Shown in pieces: positions 29,076 to 40,261 of a stretch of DNA of 49,094 bases (positions are counted from its first letter, which is position 1; every line of letters begins with the position of its first letter). The translations under genes and the position numbers were made by a program. This DNA is from Rhizobium sp. Q54 (GTDB lineage: Bacteria; Pseudomonadota; Alphaproteobacteria; UBA828). The stretch covers positions 1-49,094 of the forward strand of contig CAMDNF010000005.1 of NCBI GenBank assembly GCA_945902735.1, read 5' to 3'. The notes under the pieces were generated by a model. That model was not told the DNA's origin. It ran no database searches and saw nothing but the letters and a program-made list of their open reading frames with translations.

Positions 29076-29093
29076 GCGGTGGATTTCGGTTGA

Positions 29094-29778
29094 TTTAATG
29101 CACTGTCACCGTACTCCGAGCTATGTCGTCTGCCCAGTCGAGCGCGCAGTCGGAGTGTAAAGCTGTTTGATTTGTTCTTCGGTTCGGGGCGTATTCGAGT
29201 GGATGATATGGCTCACTCGATCGCGCATCAGCATGATAAGACCAAGCTTGAGATTCACGAGGAACGTAGTTTTTTTGTCGATAAGCGGTTCGATCGGGTG
29301 AGGACCATCGCCTCCGTGGAGATGATGCGGATAGTGAGTTTTGTTCTCGTGCAAGACGAGGCGGCGCATTGACTTGAGAAACTTGTCATCTGACGAATCA
29401 AAGGACGCGTCGAGGTGGTGTGCGAAAAAATTGCGGACGGTCGCCAATCCTTTCAGTGTGCCGCGCACCTTTTCGTCGAAGGCTTCCATCAGATACAGGA
29501 TGTCAATTTTTGGCCCGAGATTGCCGAGAGGTTTGTCGACGTTCAGCAGGTTATTAAGGATATTACCGTCGTTGCGGAATCGCTCGCGTAGAGTTCGGGT
29601 GACGGCTTCATCAAGCAAGGCCACGCCGACCACCGCCACGACTCTGGGTGAACCTGTGGCAAGTATCTCCGCAACAGCTTGATAGTGCGCTTCACGCGGA
29701 AAAATAGCCCAAGTCATGGCGCGATACTCCGATGGCAAGAAACACTGATAATCACGATTACCGTGACCATGCATTCAA
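29094..29778. repeat. Imperfect 23-bp inverted repeat pair bracketing the MtlR/HEPN-like gene
   Basis: 29094-29116 TTTAATGCACTGTCACCGTACTC versus 29756-29778 GATTACCGTGACCATGCATTCAA; 18 of 23 match as reverse complements (counted by hand). Confidence 0.6.
29121..29717 (-). CDS. MtlR/YggD-like (HEPN-fold) protein with an Rx4H motif
   Basis: ATG 29717 with GGAG upstream; pattern AVVGVALLD..L....PLG.LG.KID..Y....L..VRNFFAH; visibly more AT-rich than its neighbours. Confidence 0.65.
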   Translation of the reverse strand: MTWAIFPREAHYQAVAEILATGSPRVVAVVGVALLDEAVTRTLRERFRNDGNILNNLLNVDKPLGNLGPKIDILYLMEAFDEKVRGTLKGLATVRNFFAHHLDASFDSSDDKFLKSMRRLVLHENKTHYPHHLHGGDGPHPIEPLIDKKTTFLVNLKLGLIMLMRDRVSHIIHSNTPRTEEQIKQLYTPTARSTGQTT

Positions 29779-29926
29779 TTGAAAGCGCCGCTTCGTGGTC
29801 GGGCGGGTGCACCATTGGGCCACGCTTGCGGGCGCGGTCGGCGCAACGCGCATCATCTCCACAATCACCGCGACCCCGTGGCGTCGAGGCCCAAAACGAA
29901 CGCTGACTGATGCTTGGCGGTTCCGC

Positions 29927-30298
29927 CTATTTGCGGCTGGCGTAGGTGGCGTCATCGATCACGAAACGCCAGAGGCCATCCGCGCCGCGACGCAGCACTT
30001 CGGCCGCGAGCCCTTGCATCACCACCGCGCCGGTCGGATCGGTCGAATGCCACTCGGTTCGCACCAAGGCAGTGTCGCCCGCCTGCCAGCACGATACGCA
30101 CCGACACACGGCCTTGTTCGGTTGCGTCATCATGGCCGATAGCGTGGCCTCGATCTCGGCCTTGCCCTTGACCTGCACCTTGCCGTCCATGGTCAGGACC
30201 GCCTGATCGTCATAGAGCGCCATGATCGCGGCCTTGTTGCGCTCGTTGAAATGCCGCTCCCAGGTCTTGGACATCTCGGTCGGCTGCTTTACACCCAT
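29927..30298 (-). CDS. NTF2-like protein (YybH/DUF4440/SnoaL-like)
   Basis: ALYDDQAVL, GDTALV and EVLRRGADGLWRFVIDD; RBS GGGGAG. Confidence 0.8.
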   Translation of the reverse strand: MGVKQPTEMSKTWERHFNERNKAAIMALYDDQAVLTMDGKVQVKGKAEIEATLSAMMTQPNKAVCRCVSCWQAGDTALVRTEWHSTDPTGAVVMQGLAAEVLRRGADGLWRFVIDDATYASRK

Positions 30299-30488
30299 GT
30301 CGGTCTCCCCTTATGGCTTATGTAAGTCTAGGCGTTCCTAGCACCATGCGACCCCGTCGTCATCGGTGAAATCGGGTTCCGCCAGGGCGGCCAATTGGTT
30401 GGCTTGGCAGGACGTGATTCGCTTGGTCGGCGCGGCCGGCTGTGCTTGAGTAGCGCCGCTATTTTGACCGCCCGCAAGGAACAGTTTC

Positions 30489-31604
30489 ATGTCCGCTTTG
30501 TTCAGCCCGTTCAAGCTCGCCGGAATCACGCTCGAAAACCGCATCGTGGTTTCGCCGATGTGCCAATATTCGGCCATCGATGGCTCGGCGACCGATTGGC
30601 ACATTATGCATCTCGGCCAAATGGCGCTCTCGGGCGCCGGGCTGTTGATTTTGGAGGCATCGGGCGTCGAGGCGCGCGGGCGTATTTCACCCGGTTGTCT
30701 TGGCCTCTATTCGGATGGCAATGAACAGGCGCTCGAGCGCGTGCTCAATGCGTTGCGGCCGCATAGCCGCACCAAGCTTGGCATTCAGCTTGCCCATGCC
30801 GGGCGCAAGGCGTCATGCGATTTGCCTTGGCGCGGCAACAAACCGTTGACCAATTCGGCCGCTGGCGGGTGGGAAACAGTCGCGCCATCCGCCGTGCCCT
30901 TCGCCGAGGGCTGGACGATGCCGAAGCCGCTCGACCGGGCCGAGATGGACAAGATCGTCGCGGCCTTCGTGCAATCGACCAAGCGCGCGCTAAGGCTCGG
31001 TTTCGATTTGATCGAGCTACATGGCGCGCATGGTTATTTGGTGAGCGAGTTTCTGTCGCCGATCGCGAACAAGCGCACCGATGATTATGGCGGCAGTCTC
31101 GAGAACCGCATGCGCTTTCCGCTCGAAATCGCGCGCGCGGTGCGGGGCGCCTGGCCGCGCGAGCGCGCGCTCGGCGTTAGGCTCAATGGCACGGATTTTA
31201 CGCCGGGCGGCATCGTGGTTGATGAAACCGCGATCGTCGCCGCCGCGCTCAAGTCACACGGCATCGACTATGTGTGCGTCTCGGGCGGCGGCAATAGCCC
31301 GAAGCAGGAAATACCGGTGAAGGCGCATTACCAAGTGCCGTTCGCGGCCGAGGTGAAGCGGCGCAGCGGCCTCACCACCATGGCGGTCGGCATGATCGCC
31401 GAGCCCAAGGCGGCCGATGGCATCATCACGAGCGGCGAGGCCGATCTGGTCGCGCTCGCGCGTGGCCTGCTCGACAATCCGCGTTGGGGTTGGCACGCGG
31501 CCGAAGTGCTGGGCGATGATCTCAAGGTCGTCGTGCAATATGAGCGGGCGCGGCCGAAGCTGTGGCCGGGCGCTAAATTGGTGCGGCCCGCTTTACACGC
31601 CTGA
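30489..31604 (+). CDS. NADH:flavin oxidoreductase (old yellow enzyme, NamA/YqjM-like)
   Basis: NRIVVSPMCQYS, QLAHAGRK, HGAHGYL and NKRTDDYGGSLENRMR motifs. Confidence 0.93.
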   Translation: MSALFSPFKLAGITLENRIVVSPMCQYSAIDGSATDWHIMHLGQMALSGAGLLILEASGVEARGRISPGCLGLYSDGNEQALERVLNALRPHSRTKLGIQLAHAGRKASCDLPWRGNKPLTNSAAGGWETVAPSAVPFAEGWTMPKPLDRAEMDKIVAAFVQSTKRALRLGFDLIELHGAHGYLVSEFLSPIANKRTDDYGGSLENRMRFPLEIARAVRGAWPRERALGVRLNGTDFTPGGIVVDETAIVAAALKSHGIDYVCVSGGGNSPKQEIPVKAHYQVPFAAEVKRRSGLTTMAVGMIAEPKAADGIITSGEADLVALARGLLDNPRWGWHAAEVLGDDLKVVVQYERARPKLWPGAKLVRPALHA

Positions 31605-31616
31605 TCGGCGGTCGCG

Positions 31617-32111
31617 TTATTGTTGCGTTGTTGGCGGCGTCTCCGCCTCGTCATGGCGTGGCCCGCGGCGATCATCGCGTTTGGCACCGGCAGTGAAATA
31701 GGCTTTCCGGTCGTCTGGCGGCAGCGCAAGCGCGAGTTCCTTCTGAAGCGTGGCGATCATGGCTTGGGCCGCCGCGCGGTGTGTGGTCAGGGCCATCTGC
31801 GCCGCCTCAAGCGCGGCGCCATCGATCTGATCAGCGGTCAATAAACGACGGATCTCCTGGCGCAATTCGCGCGTTGCCTTGAAGGCTTCGCGAAGCTTTG
31901 CGTCGTGGGCCACGCGAATGTCATCGACGATCTTCTGGGCTTCGGGCGAAATCGCGTCGCGCGCCGCCTCGCGGTCGAACCACCGCGAGCCCTGGCCGTG
32001 ATGCCCCGACCCGCCTGCCCAGCCACCGATGAACATGCCGCCCAACAGAACGTTAAGCCCGAGGGAGGCAAGCAGCACCAGCCCCACGATATGGCGTTTG
32101 CCGAGCGTCAT
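31617..32111 (-). CDS. Periplasmic heavy-metal sensor family protein (Metal_resist/CnrX/Spy-like helical protein)
   Basis: N-terminal anchor LLASLGLNVLLGG, helical domain, LPPDDRK motif; last gene of an ECF operon. Confidence 0.7.
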   Translation of the reverse strand: MTLGKRHIVGLVLLASLGLNVLLGGMFIGGWAGGSGHHGQGSRWFDREAARDAISPEAQKIVDDIRVAHDAKLREAFKATRELRQEIRRLLTADQIDGAALEAAQMALTTHRAAAQAMIATLQKELALALPPDDRKAYFTAGAKRDDRRGPRHDEAETPPTTQQ

Positions 32112-32545
32112 GACAAATCCCCGTCGTCGAATGTATCGCTCAGGCCCAAGACATCGACCTCATCCGAGGCCGAGGCGGCGATATCGGCCCGACCAAAGGT
32201 GACGCCAAGCGAAATACCGAGGGCCGCTATCAACGCGAATGCCGCGGCCGGTTGCCAGGCCGCGCCGAACGGCCATAGCGCACCAAAGCCCTGGCGCCAC
32301 AGCGCGGGCTTGGCGCGCGCGATCAAGCGCGCTTTCAGCGCGGGCGAGGGGGCGATTGCTGAGGCCTCATCAAGCAGAGCGTCGAGTGCGAGCGCCTGGT
32401 TGAACAAAAGGCGCGCGGCGCCATCGCGCGCGATCAGGGCCTCGGCGGTTGAACGCGCGGGCTCGGGCCAGCGGCGCAGATCGCCACCATAGGCATCGAG
32501 CAATGTGCCGAGGCGTTCTAAAGTCATCAGCGTATCGTTACTCAT
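32108..32545 (-). CDS. Putative single-pass anti-sigma factor
   Basis: LLDAYGGDLRRWP N-terminal motif and one TM helix; overlaps the stop of the ECF sigma gene. Confidence 0.7.
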   Translation of the reverse strand: MSNDTLMTLERLGTLLDAYGGDLRRWPEPARSTAEALIARDGAARLLFNQALALDALLDEASAIAPSPALKARLIARAKPALWRQGFGALWPFGAAWQPAAAFALIAALGISLGVTFGRADIAASASDEVDVLGLSDTFDDGDLS

Positions 32546-33177
32546 TCTACACTCCCCAGAAGATCGGGTTTGAGGCTCGCGAGGCGCGTTCGCAGCGTGC
32601 GGCGCGCGCGGGCCAATAAGGATTCGAGCGCTTCGATGCTGACGCCGAGAATCGCCGCAGCTTCGGCGGCGGCGACTTGCTCGTAATGCACCAAGGCCAA
32701 GGCGGCACGTTGGCGTTCGGGCAGGGCCTGCAATTCACGATCCACCAAGGCGGTCACCTGGCTGCGCTGGTGGGCGGTGTGCGGTGTTTCGCGTGAATCG
32801 GGCAATTCGGGATCCAATTCGCTGGTCTGTCGCATCGGCCGTCTTAACTCGTCGAGACAAAGATTGTGCACGACGGTGTAAAGCCAAGTGCTGATTCGCG
32901 CCTCGGGCCGCCAGCGCCCCGCCTGCTTCCACAGGCGTAAAAAAGCCTCTTGCGAGATGTCTTCGGCTTGGCTGCGATTGCCGAGCAGGCGGAAGGCGAG
33001 ACCGACCGCGCGGGAAAGGTGGCGCTCCACCAGAACACGCGCGGCGTCTTCATCGCCGGCCGCGGTACGGCGCATCAATTCGCCATCTGCCGCGGCGCCT
33101 TGCTCCATCGGCCTAGTCGAGCGCGGTTCGGACCCGCCGTCAATCCATGTCGCGGTTATCGTCGTGCTTACGCCCAT
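32542..33177 (-). CDS. ECF RNA polymerase sigma factor
   Basis: Sigma2 AEDISQEAFLRLW and STWLY; sigma4 LPERQRAAL...ESLLARARRTL. Alternative start ATG 33108. Confidence 0.92.
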   Translation of the reverse strand: MGVSTTITATWIDGGSEPRSTRPMEQGAAADGELMRRTAAGDEDAARVLVERHLSRAVGLAFRLLGNRSQAEDISQEAFLRLWKQAGRWRPEARISTWLYTVVHNLCLDELRRPMRQTSELDPELPDSRETPHTAHQRSQVTALVDRELQALPERQRAALALVHYEQVAAAEAAAILGVSIEALESLLARARRTLRTRLASLKPDLLGSVE

Positions 33178-33601
33178 GACCGCGTGCCGCTTTAAGTTCG
33201 TCCGCGCTTAGGACGCCATCCTTATCCGCATCAAGCTTGGCGAATCTCGGATCGGGGCGCGCTTTCAGCTCGGCCTCGGTGACCGCGCCATCTTTATCGG
33301 TATCGAGCAAATCGAAGAACGCCTTCGCGCGCGCCTCGCGGCGTTTCTCGCGTGCTTCCTGCATTTCCTCGAAGGTGACTTTGCCATCGCTGTTCAAGTC
33401 CGATTCCATCAATTTTGCGCTGTGGCGGGCCTTGAATTCATCGGTGCTGATTTTACCGTCGCCGTCGCTATCCATCGCCTTGAAGCGTTCTTCGGACGAA
33501 TGATGCTTCGAGCCTTCACCCGCCATGCCCGCGCCGACAAAGGCCCCGCCGACCAACAGGGCGCCAAGCGCGGCAGCCAGCGTCAATCTTGGCTTATTCA
33601 T
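33140..33601 (-). CDS. Exported EF-hand protein
   Basis: Signal peptide after ATG 33601 (RBS GAGGAG); four EF loops DSDGDGKISTDE, DLNSDGKVTFEE, DTDKDGAVTEAE and DADKDGVLSADE. Confidence 0.9.
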   Translation of the reverse strand: MNKPRLTLAAALGALLVGGAFVGAGMAGEGSKHHSSEERFKAMDSDGDGKISTDEFKARHSAKLMESDLNSDGKVTFEEMQEAREKRREARAKAFFDLLDTDKDGAVTEAELKARPDPRFAKLDADKDGVLSADELKAARGHGRKHDDNRDMD

Positions 33602-33649
33602 GCTCTGATCTCCTCGGGGACAACCGCGCTGATCGCGCAACTCTGAACG

Positions 33650-33679
33650 TATAACGATGGGGGGATGGGAATCCGTCGC
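33650..33679 (-). promoter_or_regulatory. Candidate ECF-type promoter for the EF-hand/sigma operon
   Basis: GCGACGG, 16-nt spacer, CGTTATA, about 50 nt upstream of the ATG; a CGT-containing -10 is typical of ECF promoters. Confidence 0.4.
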
Positions 33680-33708
33680 TCGGGCTGGAGGGGGACACCC
33701 GGCGATGG

Positions 33709-34932
33709 TTAATCGCGCTCTGCCCCGATGATGCGCCGAATATTGTCGGGCGCGAAAAAGGCCGTCGGCGAATGGGTTAATGCGACCGCGCCAAAGAGCG
33801 CACTCCGGTTGGTCGGGCTGGTCTTGAGAGCGCGGTAAAGCTGGTCCTGCTCGGGGTTTGGCGGATTGAACTCCGCGAGGCGCGCGGTGAAATCATAGAA
33901 CGGCATCATGAACGCATCTCGCTTGGCCTCATAATCCGCCAGTGCCCGGTCGAGCGATTGGGGGCCCGAAAGCCCGTGCGCAACGGCGTCGGCCATCCAT
34001 TCGGCGGTCAGGAACGCGCTTGGAATACCTTGGGCGGTCACGGGATCTTTTTTCATCCCGGCGTCGCCGATCAAGGCCCAGCCCGGCCCCCAGGCTTTGC
34101 GCACAAAGGCGCGCGTGCAACCGGCATAAAGTCGATCAACTTGCTTTGCATGCGCGATCATGTCGGCGAGCGAGGGGGCCACTTGGCGCAGGCGCGCGCG
34201 GAATGCGCTCATACGATCGGCCTTGGCCGCAATGAATTCGCCATACATCAGATTGGTCGCGACCACCGCGCTGCCATCGCTTGAGGGAAACGCAAAGGCG
34301 CCGGCTTTCGGGTGCACATAGAGTTGCACCTCGTCGAGCGGCGTGCCTTCGAAATAACTCCAGAGATTGCTTTGCCCGATCGGCACGGTATTCGTTTCTT
34401 GGGCCTTGATGCGGTGCGCGACGACCGAGCCCGGCCCATCCGCACCAATGACGATTTTCGCGCGCTCGACAAATTTCCGGCCATTCCGTTCGCGGGCTTC
34501 GACACCGACGACACGGTCAGCCTCGACCACGAGGTCGGTCACCGTGCAGGCTTCGCGCAATTCAGCGCCGGCCTTGATCGCCGCGCGGACCAGTACGTCA
34601 TCGAGCAAATGCCGGCGCGGCGCATAGGACAAGGTATTGCCATCAAAGGGCGGCGGCGGGCCGGCGAGCACATGGCCATAGAGATCGACGCGCCAATTGG
34701 TGAGCGGCGTCGTGCGGGCCGCGATCGGCTCGAGAAGGCCCCAAGCCTTAAGCTTGGCGATGGCGAGCGGGTGCATCAAATGCGTCGATTGCGGCATGTT
34801 GCTCGGGAAATGATCGCGGTCGAGCAACAACACGCGAAGGCCCTGGCGCGCGAGCAGCATGGCGCAGGGTGCGCCGGCGCATCGTGCGCCGACGATGATC
34901 GCGTCATAGGGTTTGGCGGTGTTCGAATTCAA
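33709..34932 (-). CDS. FAD-dependent oxidoreductase (geranylgeranyl reductase/monooxygenase-like)
   Basis: IIVGARCAG, IGADG and LIGDAG..KDPVTAQG FAD fingerprints; start uncertain (TTG 34932 or GTG 34956). Confidence 0.82.
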   Translation of the reverse strand: MNSNTAKPYDAIIVGARCAGAPCAMLLARQGLRVLLLDRDHFPSNMPQSTHLMHPLAIAKLKAWGLLEPIAARTTPLTNWRVDLYGHVLAGPPPPFDGNTLSYAPRRHLLDDVLVRAAIKAGAELREACTVTDLVVEADRVVGVEARERNGRKFVERAKIVIGADGPGSVVAHRIKAQETNTVPIGQSNLWSYFEGTPLDEVQLYVHPKAGAFAFPSSDGSAVVATNLMYGEFIAAKADRMSAFRARLRQVAPSLADMIAHAKQVDRLYAGCTRAFVRKAWGPGWALIGDAGMKKDPVTAQGIPSAFLTAEWMADAVAHGLSGPQSLDRALADYEAKRDAFMMPFYDFTARLAEFNPPNPEQDQLYRALKTSPTNRSALFGAVALTHSPTAFFAPDNIRRIIGAERD

Positions 34933-35005
34933 ATCATTGGCTCGAGCTTGTTTCACCCGCACTGTGCCGGAGCGTGGTTGGAGCGGCAATCCTTGATCGA
35001 TAACG

Positions 35006-35035
35006 AGAAAGGCGCGGGCCTTGCGGTCCGCGCCT
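35006..35035 (-). terminator. Probable intrinsic terminator after acnA
   Basis: AGGCGCGGACC-GCAA-GGCCCGCGCCT followed by TTCTC on the minus strand (one mismatch, short U tract). Confidence 0.6.
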
Positions 35036-35052
35036 CGGTTTCATCCCCATCC

Positions 35053-35084
35053 CGCACCCTTCCCCGAGATCGGGGAAGGGTGCG
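35053..35084. repeat. Perfect 15-bp inverted repeat just after the acnA stop
   Basis: CGCACCCTTCCCCGA-GA-TCGGGGAAGGGTGCG. Confidence 0.8.
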
Positions 35085-35091
35085 TGCCGGC

Positions 35092-37788
<2,697 letters not shown>

Positions 37789-37878
37789 AAAGACCTCCTT
37801 GGGAAATACGCATGGCTTGCGCGGCTCATTCGGCGCGCCTCGATTCGAATCCTAACACCGAAGCTAGGGGGCGATAAG

Positions 37879-38772
37879 TCACCCCTGGGGCGGCGTTGGC
37901 TGGTCCAGAGCCTTGACGAAGCGCTGGATCGCCTCAATCACCTGGGCGCGGGCGTCGCGCTGGGGCGTGTGGCCGGCGCCCTCGATCAGGAGCGTTTCGA
38001 CCGGCCCGCCAAGCGCCGCCGCGATCCGCCTGACATGGTCGGGTGTGGCGTATTCATCGGCCGTGCCCTGGATGATCAAGGCGGGGGCCCGCACGGCCTT
38101 GAGCTCGGCCTCGATGGACCAAGAGCGAAAGGCGTCTGACAGCCAAGTGCCTGCCCAGGCCCGCATCAGGGGTTCGGCTTTGTCGCCATGATATTTTTCG
38201 AGCCGTTCGCGAAAGCCGCGGTTCGTCTCATAGATGGCCAAGGTTTTACGAATGCCGGCAAGCGCCGCTTCCTCGACATAAGCGTGTGCTGCAATGGCGA
38301 TCACCCCTTCGGTCCGTTCGGGGAATCGCGCCGCGAACAGAAGCGCGATCGTGCCGCCATCCGAATGGCCGATCAGCGTGGCCTTTTCGATGCCGAAATG
38401 GCTCAGCACGTCGGGCAATATGGTGCGCGCCTCATGCGCCAAATAATCGGGGCGACGCGGCCCATTGAGCGGGTCGGCGCCACCATGGCCCAGGCGCTCA
38501 TAAAGGAGTGCGTTGCAGCCGGTGACGCGCACGATTTCGGCCGGAAAATCGCGCCACATGCCGAGCGAACCAAGCCCCTCATGCAGAAAAACAAGGGTTC
38601 GCGCCTGTTTCGGGCCGGGGCCCAGCACCATGGCGCGCAAACGTTTGCCGCCCGCGCGCAGGTCGAGCACCGCCGATTCGCGTACCTTTTCGGCCACGGT
38701 CTTGGGCCGAACCATCGGCTTCCGCTTTGGCAGCTCGATGGGCTTTGGTGAAAATCTTGGCCAGAATCGCAT
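37879..38772 (-). CDS. Alpha/beta fold hydrolase
   Basis: LHEGLGS, nucleophile motif GHSDGG, IQGTADEY and GAGHTP; start uncertain (38772 or 38715). Confidence 0.87.
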   Translation of the reverse strand: MRFWPRFSPKPIELPKRKPMVRPKTVAEKVRESAVLDLRAGGKRLRAMVLGPGPKQARTLVFLHEGLGSLGMWRDFPAEIVRVTGCNALLYERLGHGGADPLNGPRRPDYLAHEARTILPDVLSHFGIEKATLIGHSDGGTIALLFAARFPERTEGVIAIAAHAYVEEAALAGIRKTLAIYETNRGFRERLEKYHGDKAEPLMRAWAGTWLSDAFRSWSIEAELKAVRAPALIIQGTADEYATPDHVRRIAAALGGPVETLLIEGAGHTPQRDARAQVIEAIQRFVKALDQPTPPQG

Positions 38773-38881
38773 GGCCTTGGATGCCTTGCCGTCGCTTTGA
38801 CCGGCCACTATGGTCGGGCGCGCGCCGCGCCCATAAACTCGGCCGGCATTCATAAGCGCGTGGCGCGTAGGACGCAATGCC

Positions 38882-39592
38882 ATGGCGGCAAGCCCGCATC
38901 AATTTGATCATCCCGCGCGCCTTGAAGCGCGCGCGCTCGGCTGTGTGCGCGGTGGGCGCGCGGTGTTTCAAGCGCTCGATTTCGCGCTCGATGCGGGCGG
39001 GGCGCTCTTGCTGCATGGTCCCAATGGCACCGGCAAATCGAGCCTCCTTCGCATTCTCGCCGGCTTGTTGCGCCCGGCCGGCGGCCACGTGTTGTGGAAT
39101 GGCGCCGCGATCAGGGACGCGGTCGATGACTATTGTTCGCAGCTCCATTATGTCGGCCATCTCGATGCGCTGAAGCCATTGATGACACCGCGCGAGACAC
39201 TTCGCTTCTTTGCCGCGACACGGGGTGAGATCGCGCTGGCCGATGAAGCGCTCGAACGGCTCGGGGTCGCCGGTCTTGCTGATATGCCAGGGCGCTATTT
39301 ATCGGCTGGCCAAAAGCGCCGCGTCGCGCTGGCGCGGCTGATTGCCTCGCGCGCCAGGCTGTGGCTGTTGGACGAGCCTACCGTGATGCTCGATCTCGAT
39401 GCGACCGCGCGGCTTGAGGCCCTGATGGGTGAACACCGCGCATCGGGCGGCCTGGTGATTGTGGCGACCCACACCGCCCTCGCGCTTCCGGGCGCGGCGT
39501 GGCTCGATTTGGCGCAATTTCGGCCAACCACCGCGCGACGCGGTAATGATGGCGCGGGCGCGGCGCCGTCCTTCGAGGAAGAGACATGGTGA
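38882..39592 (+). CDS. ccmA: Cytochrome c biogenesis ABC ATPase CcmA
   Basis: GPNGTGKS, YVGHLDALK, LSAGQKRR and WLLDEP motifs. Confidence 0.94.
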   Translation: MAASPHQFDHPARLEARALGCVRGGRAVFQALDFALDAGGALLLHGPNGTGKSSLLRILAGLLRPAGGHVLWNGAAIRDAVDDYCSQLHYVGHLDALKPLMTPRETLRFFAATRGEIALADEALERLGVAGLADMPGRYLSAGQKRRVALARLIASRARLWLLDEPTVMLDLDATARLEALMGEHRASGGLVIVATHTALALPGAAWLDLAQFRPTTARRGNDGAGAAPSFEEETW

Positions 39593-40254
39593 GGCCGTTT
39601 CTCGCCCTGATCGGGCGCGATCTTCGGCTCGCGTTTCGCGGCGGTATTGGCAGTTTGGTCTCGGTGGTTTTTTTCATCATCGCGGTCACGCTATTTCCGC
39701 TCGGCGTCGGCCCATCGCTCGATCTATTGGAGCGCATCGCGCCGGGCGTGCTCTGGGTTTGCGCGCTGCTGGCCGCCATGCTTTCGCTCGACCGCATGTT
39801 TCACGACGATCATGAGGACGGCACGCTTGAACAGATCGCGCTTGGCGTGCTGCCGCTTCACTTGGTCGCCCTGGCAAAGGCGATCGCGCATTGGCTGACG
39901 ACCGGCCTGCCGCTGGTCTTGGCGGCGCCGGTTTTGGCGGTGCTGCTCAATCTATCGACCGAGGGATTTGTCGTTCTGATCGTTTCGCTTTTGCTCGGCA
40001 CGCCCATCCTTTCGCTGATCGGCTCGATCGGAGCGGCGTTGACGATCGGTCTCAGGCGCGGCGGCGTGTTGATCTCCTTGCTCGTTTTGCCGCTTTATGT
40101 GCCGGTCTTGATCTTTGGCGTCGGCGCGGTCGAAGGCGCGATCTATGGCTTTGGTGAGCGCGCGCATCTGCTAATCTTGGCGAGTGGCTTGATCGTCGCG
40201 CTCGTGCTCGCGCCCTTCGCGGCGGCGGCGGCGCTCAGGCTGTCGCAGGAATAG
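39586..40254 (+). CDS. ccmB: Heme exporter protein CcmB
   Basis: FPLGVGP, DHEDGTLE, HWLTTGLPL and LPLYVPVLIFG motifs. Confidence 0.95.
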   Translation: MVRPFLALIGRDLRLAFRGGIGSLVSVVFFIIAVTLFPLGVGPSLDLLERIAPGVLWVCALLAAMLSLDRMFHDDHEDGTLEQIALGVLPLHLVALAKAIAHWLTTGLPLVLAAPVLAVLLNLSTEGFVVLIVSLLLGTPILSLIGSIGAALTIGLRRGGVLISLLVLPLYVPVLIFGVGAVEGAIYGFGERAHLLILASGLIVALVLAPFAAAAALRLSQE

Positions 40255-40261
40255 AGGGTTC

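Noticed and set aside
29815-29894. Loose long hairpin beside the HEPN-like cassette
   Set aside because: Only short interrupted GC stems, which are expected by chance at this GC content.
33140-33601. Lanmodulin
   Set aside because: The EF loops lack the Pro at position 2 characteristic of LanM, and no xox or lanthanide uptake genes are nearby.
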